A DNA stretch of 63,990 bases, counting the filler, from Octopus bimaculoides (Eukaryota): the NCBI RefSeq assembly GCF_001194135.2. It is 5 parts of 5 records of this genome, joined end to end, with 100 filler letters (N's around TTAATTAATTAA, not from the genome) between each part and the next. Parts side by side here need not be neighbours in the genome. Positions count along the whole stretch, not along the records: positions 62,279 to 63,990 come from NC_069005.1; 4 more parts are not named here. One strand, given 5' to 3'. A program made the translations under genes and the position numbers. Positions 63,102 to 63,990 of this stretch are shown here, one piece after another; position 1 is the stretch's first letter, and each line of letters starts with the position of its first letter. The notes below the pieces were generated by a model. The model saw only the letters and a list, made by a program, of their open reading frames with translations, ran no database searches and was not told the origin of the DNA.

Positions 63102-63243
63102 CTGGTACACTGTCAAGATACCACCTATATATCAACAGTGTATTAACATGCATGCAATCAGGTTTCATGATTGTGTTGAAACTAAAGAGGAGGAATTTAT
63201 TAATATGTCTGCATCTGGTGATTATTTCATTTCAAGCTTTTAA
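63102..63243 (+). CDS. Candidate coding exon
   Basis: Acceptor tttaaattttcaatag, then 46 open codons WYTVKIPPIYQQCINMHAIRFHDCVETKEEEFINMSASGDYFISSF*. No homology recognised. Confidence 0.15.
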
Positions 63244-63605
63244 GTAACCAGGTTCAGTTTACAATCTATTTAAAAGGATTTATACATTCATGACACTGAA
63301 CCTGCAAATGGAATAGTAAATCATCCAATTACTCACATCCAAATGAACAATGCTTTATTAAGCTTAAAAATTTGGTCATAAAGAGGCAACAATGTTTTCC
63401 ATCATGTTGCTATAACGACAACAACGATGATGAGGATAATAAAATTATCAACTATACAAAAGATATTGAGCACTAACTGTTATGCTCATGATATGACTTG
63501 CAAACTACTATAATCAAATATCTATATGTGTGCGAGTGTATATATATATATATACACACAAACATGTACAAACATATATGCTTATATATATATATNNNNN
63601 NNNNN

Positions 63606-63640
<35 letters not shown>

Positions 63641-63990
63641 GACACACATATGTACATACATATATATGTTTATATATATTTATATATACACACACATACA
63701 TACATACACATATATATATTTTTTATATTTAAATATGTATAGAGATTCATATATGCGTTTATATATATGTATGTGCGTGTAAACACATACACACATGCAC
63801 ACAATGAATATTATGTATTCATATGACTTTGTGTAGATTTGTAAATATGTGTATATACATGCATATATGAGGTGTGTCTTTATTTGTGTGTGATATGAAG
63901 TGAAGATTAATTTAATTACTACTGCAGATAAGTTAATTACTAATTCTTACTTGATTTAGAAAGAATCCCTAATTATAGAATGGATTAAGA

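Overview
AT-rich, repeat-saturated eukaryotic DNA with about 7 kb of N gaps. The SINE families, microsatellite load and transposon mix point to a coleoid cephalopod, most likely octopus (inference, no database search). I found no host gene I can name, no rRNA, no functional tRNA and no CRISPR. Most long ORFs in the track are artefacts of microsatellites or N runs. The window holds: many copies of about five tRNA-headed SINE families; a DD34E Tc1 and a DD37E (TRT-type) Tc1-like transposon relic lying tail-to-tail across (TA)4; relics of R4/Dong, L1/Tx1 and Penelope-like (PLE) retroelements; a Chapaev-like transposase relic; and a Helentron-type non-autonomous element. Most interesting: (1) a composite element at 44.9-45.3 kb made of a tRNA-like Pol III head, (AAT)n and a minimal hammerhead ribozyme with intact core; (2) hammerhead-like motifs of the PLE type at five further loci; (3) a 2.2 kb higher-order tandem array of about 19 SINE heads, most with A/B-box-like motifs; (4) three 100-200 bp fold-back inverted repeats, one carrying a hammerhead-like motif in each arm. 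Four 44N-TTAATTAATTAA-44N blocks are artificial scaffold joins, so continuity across them is not guaranteed.
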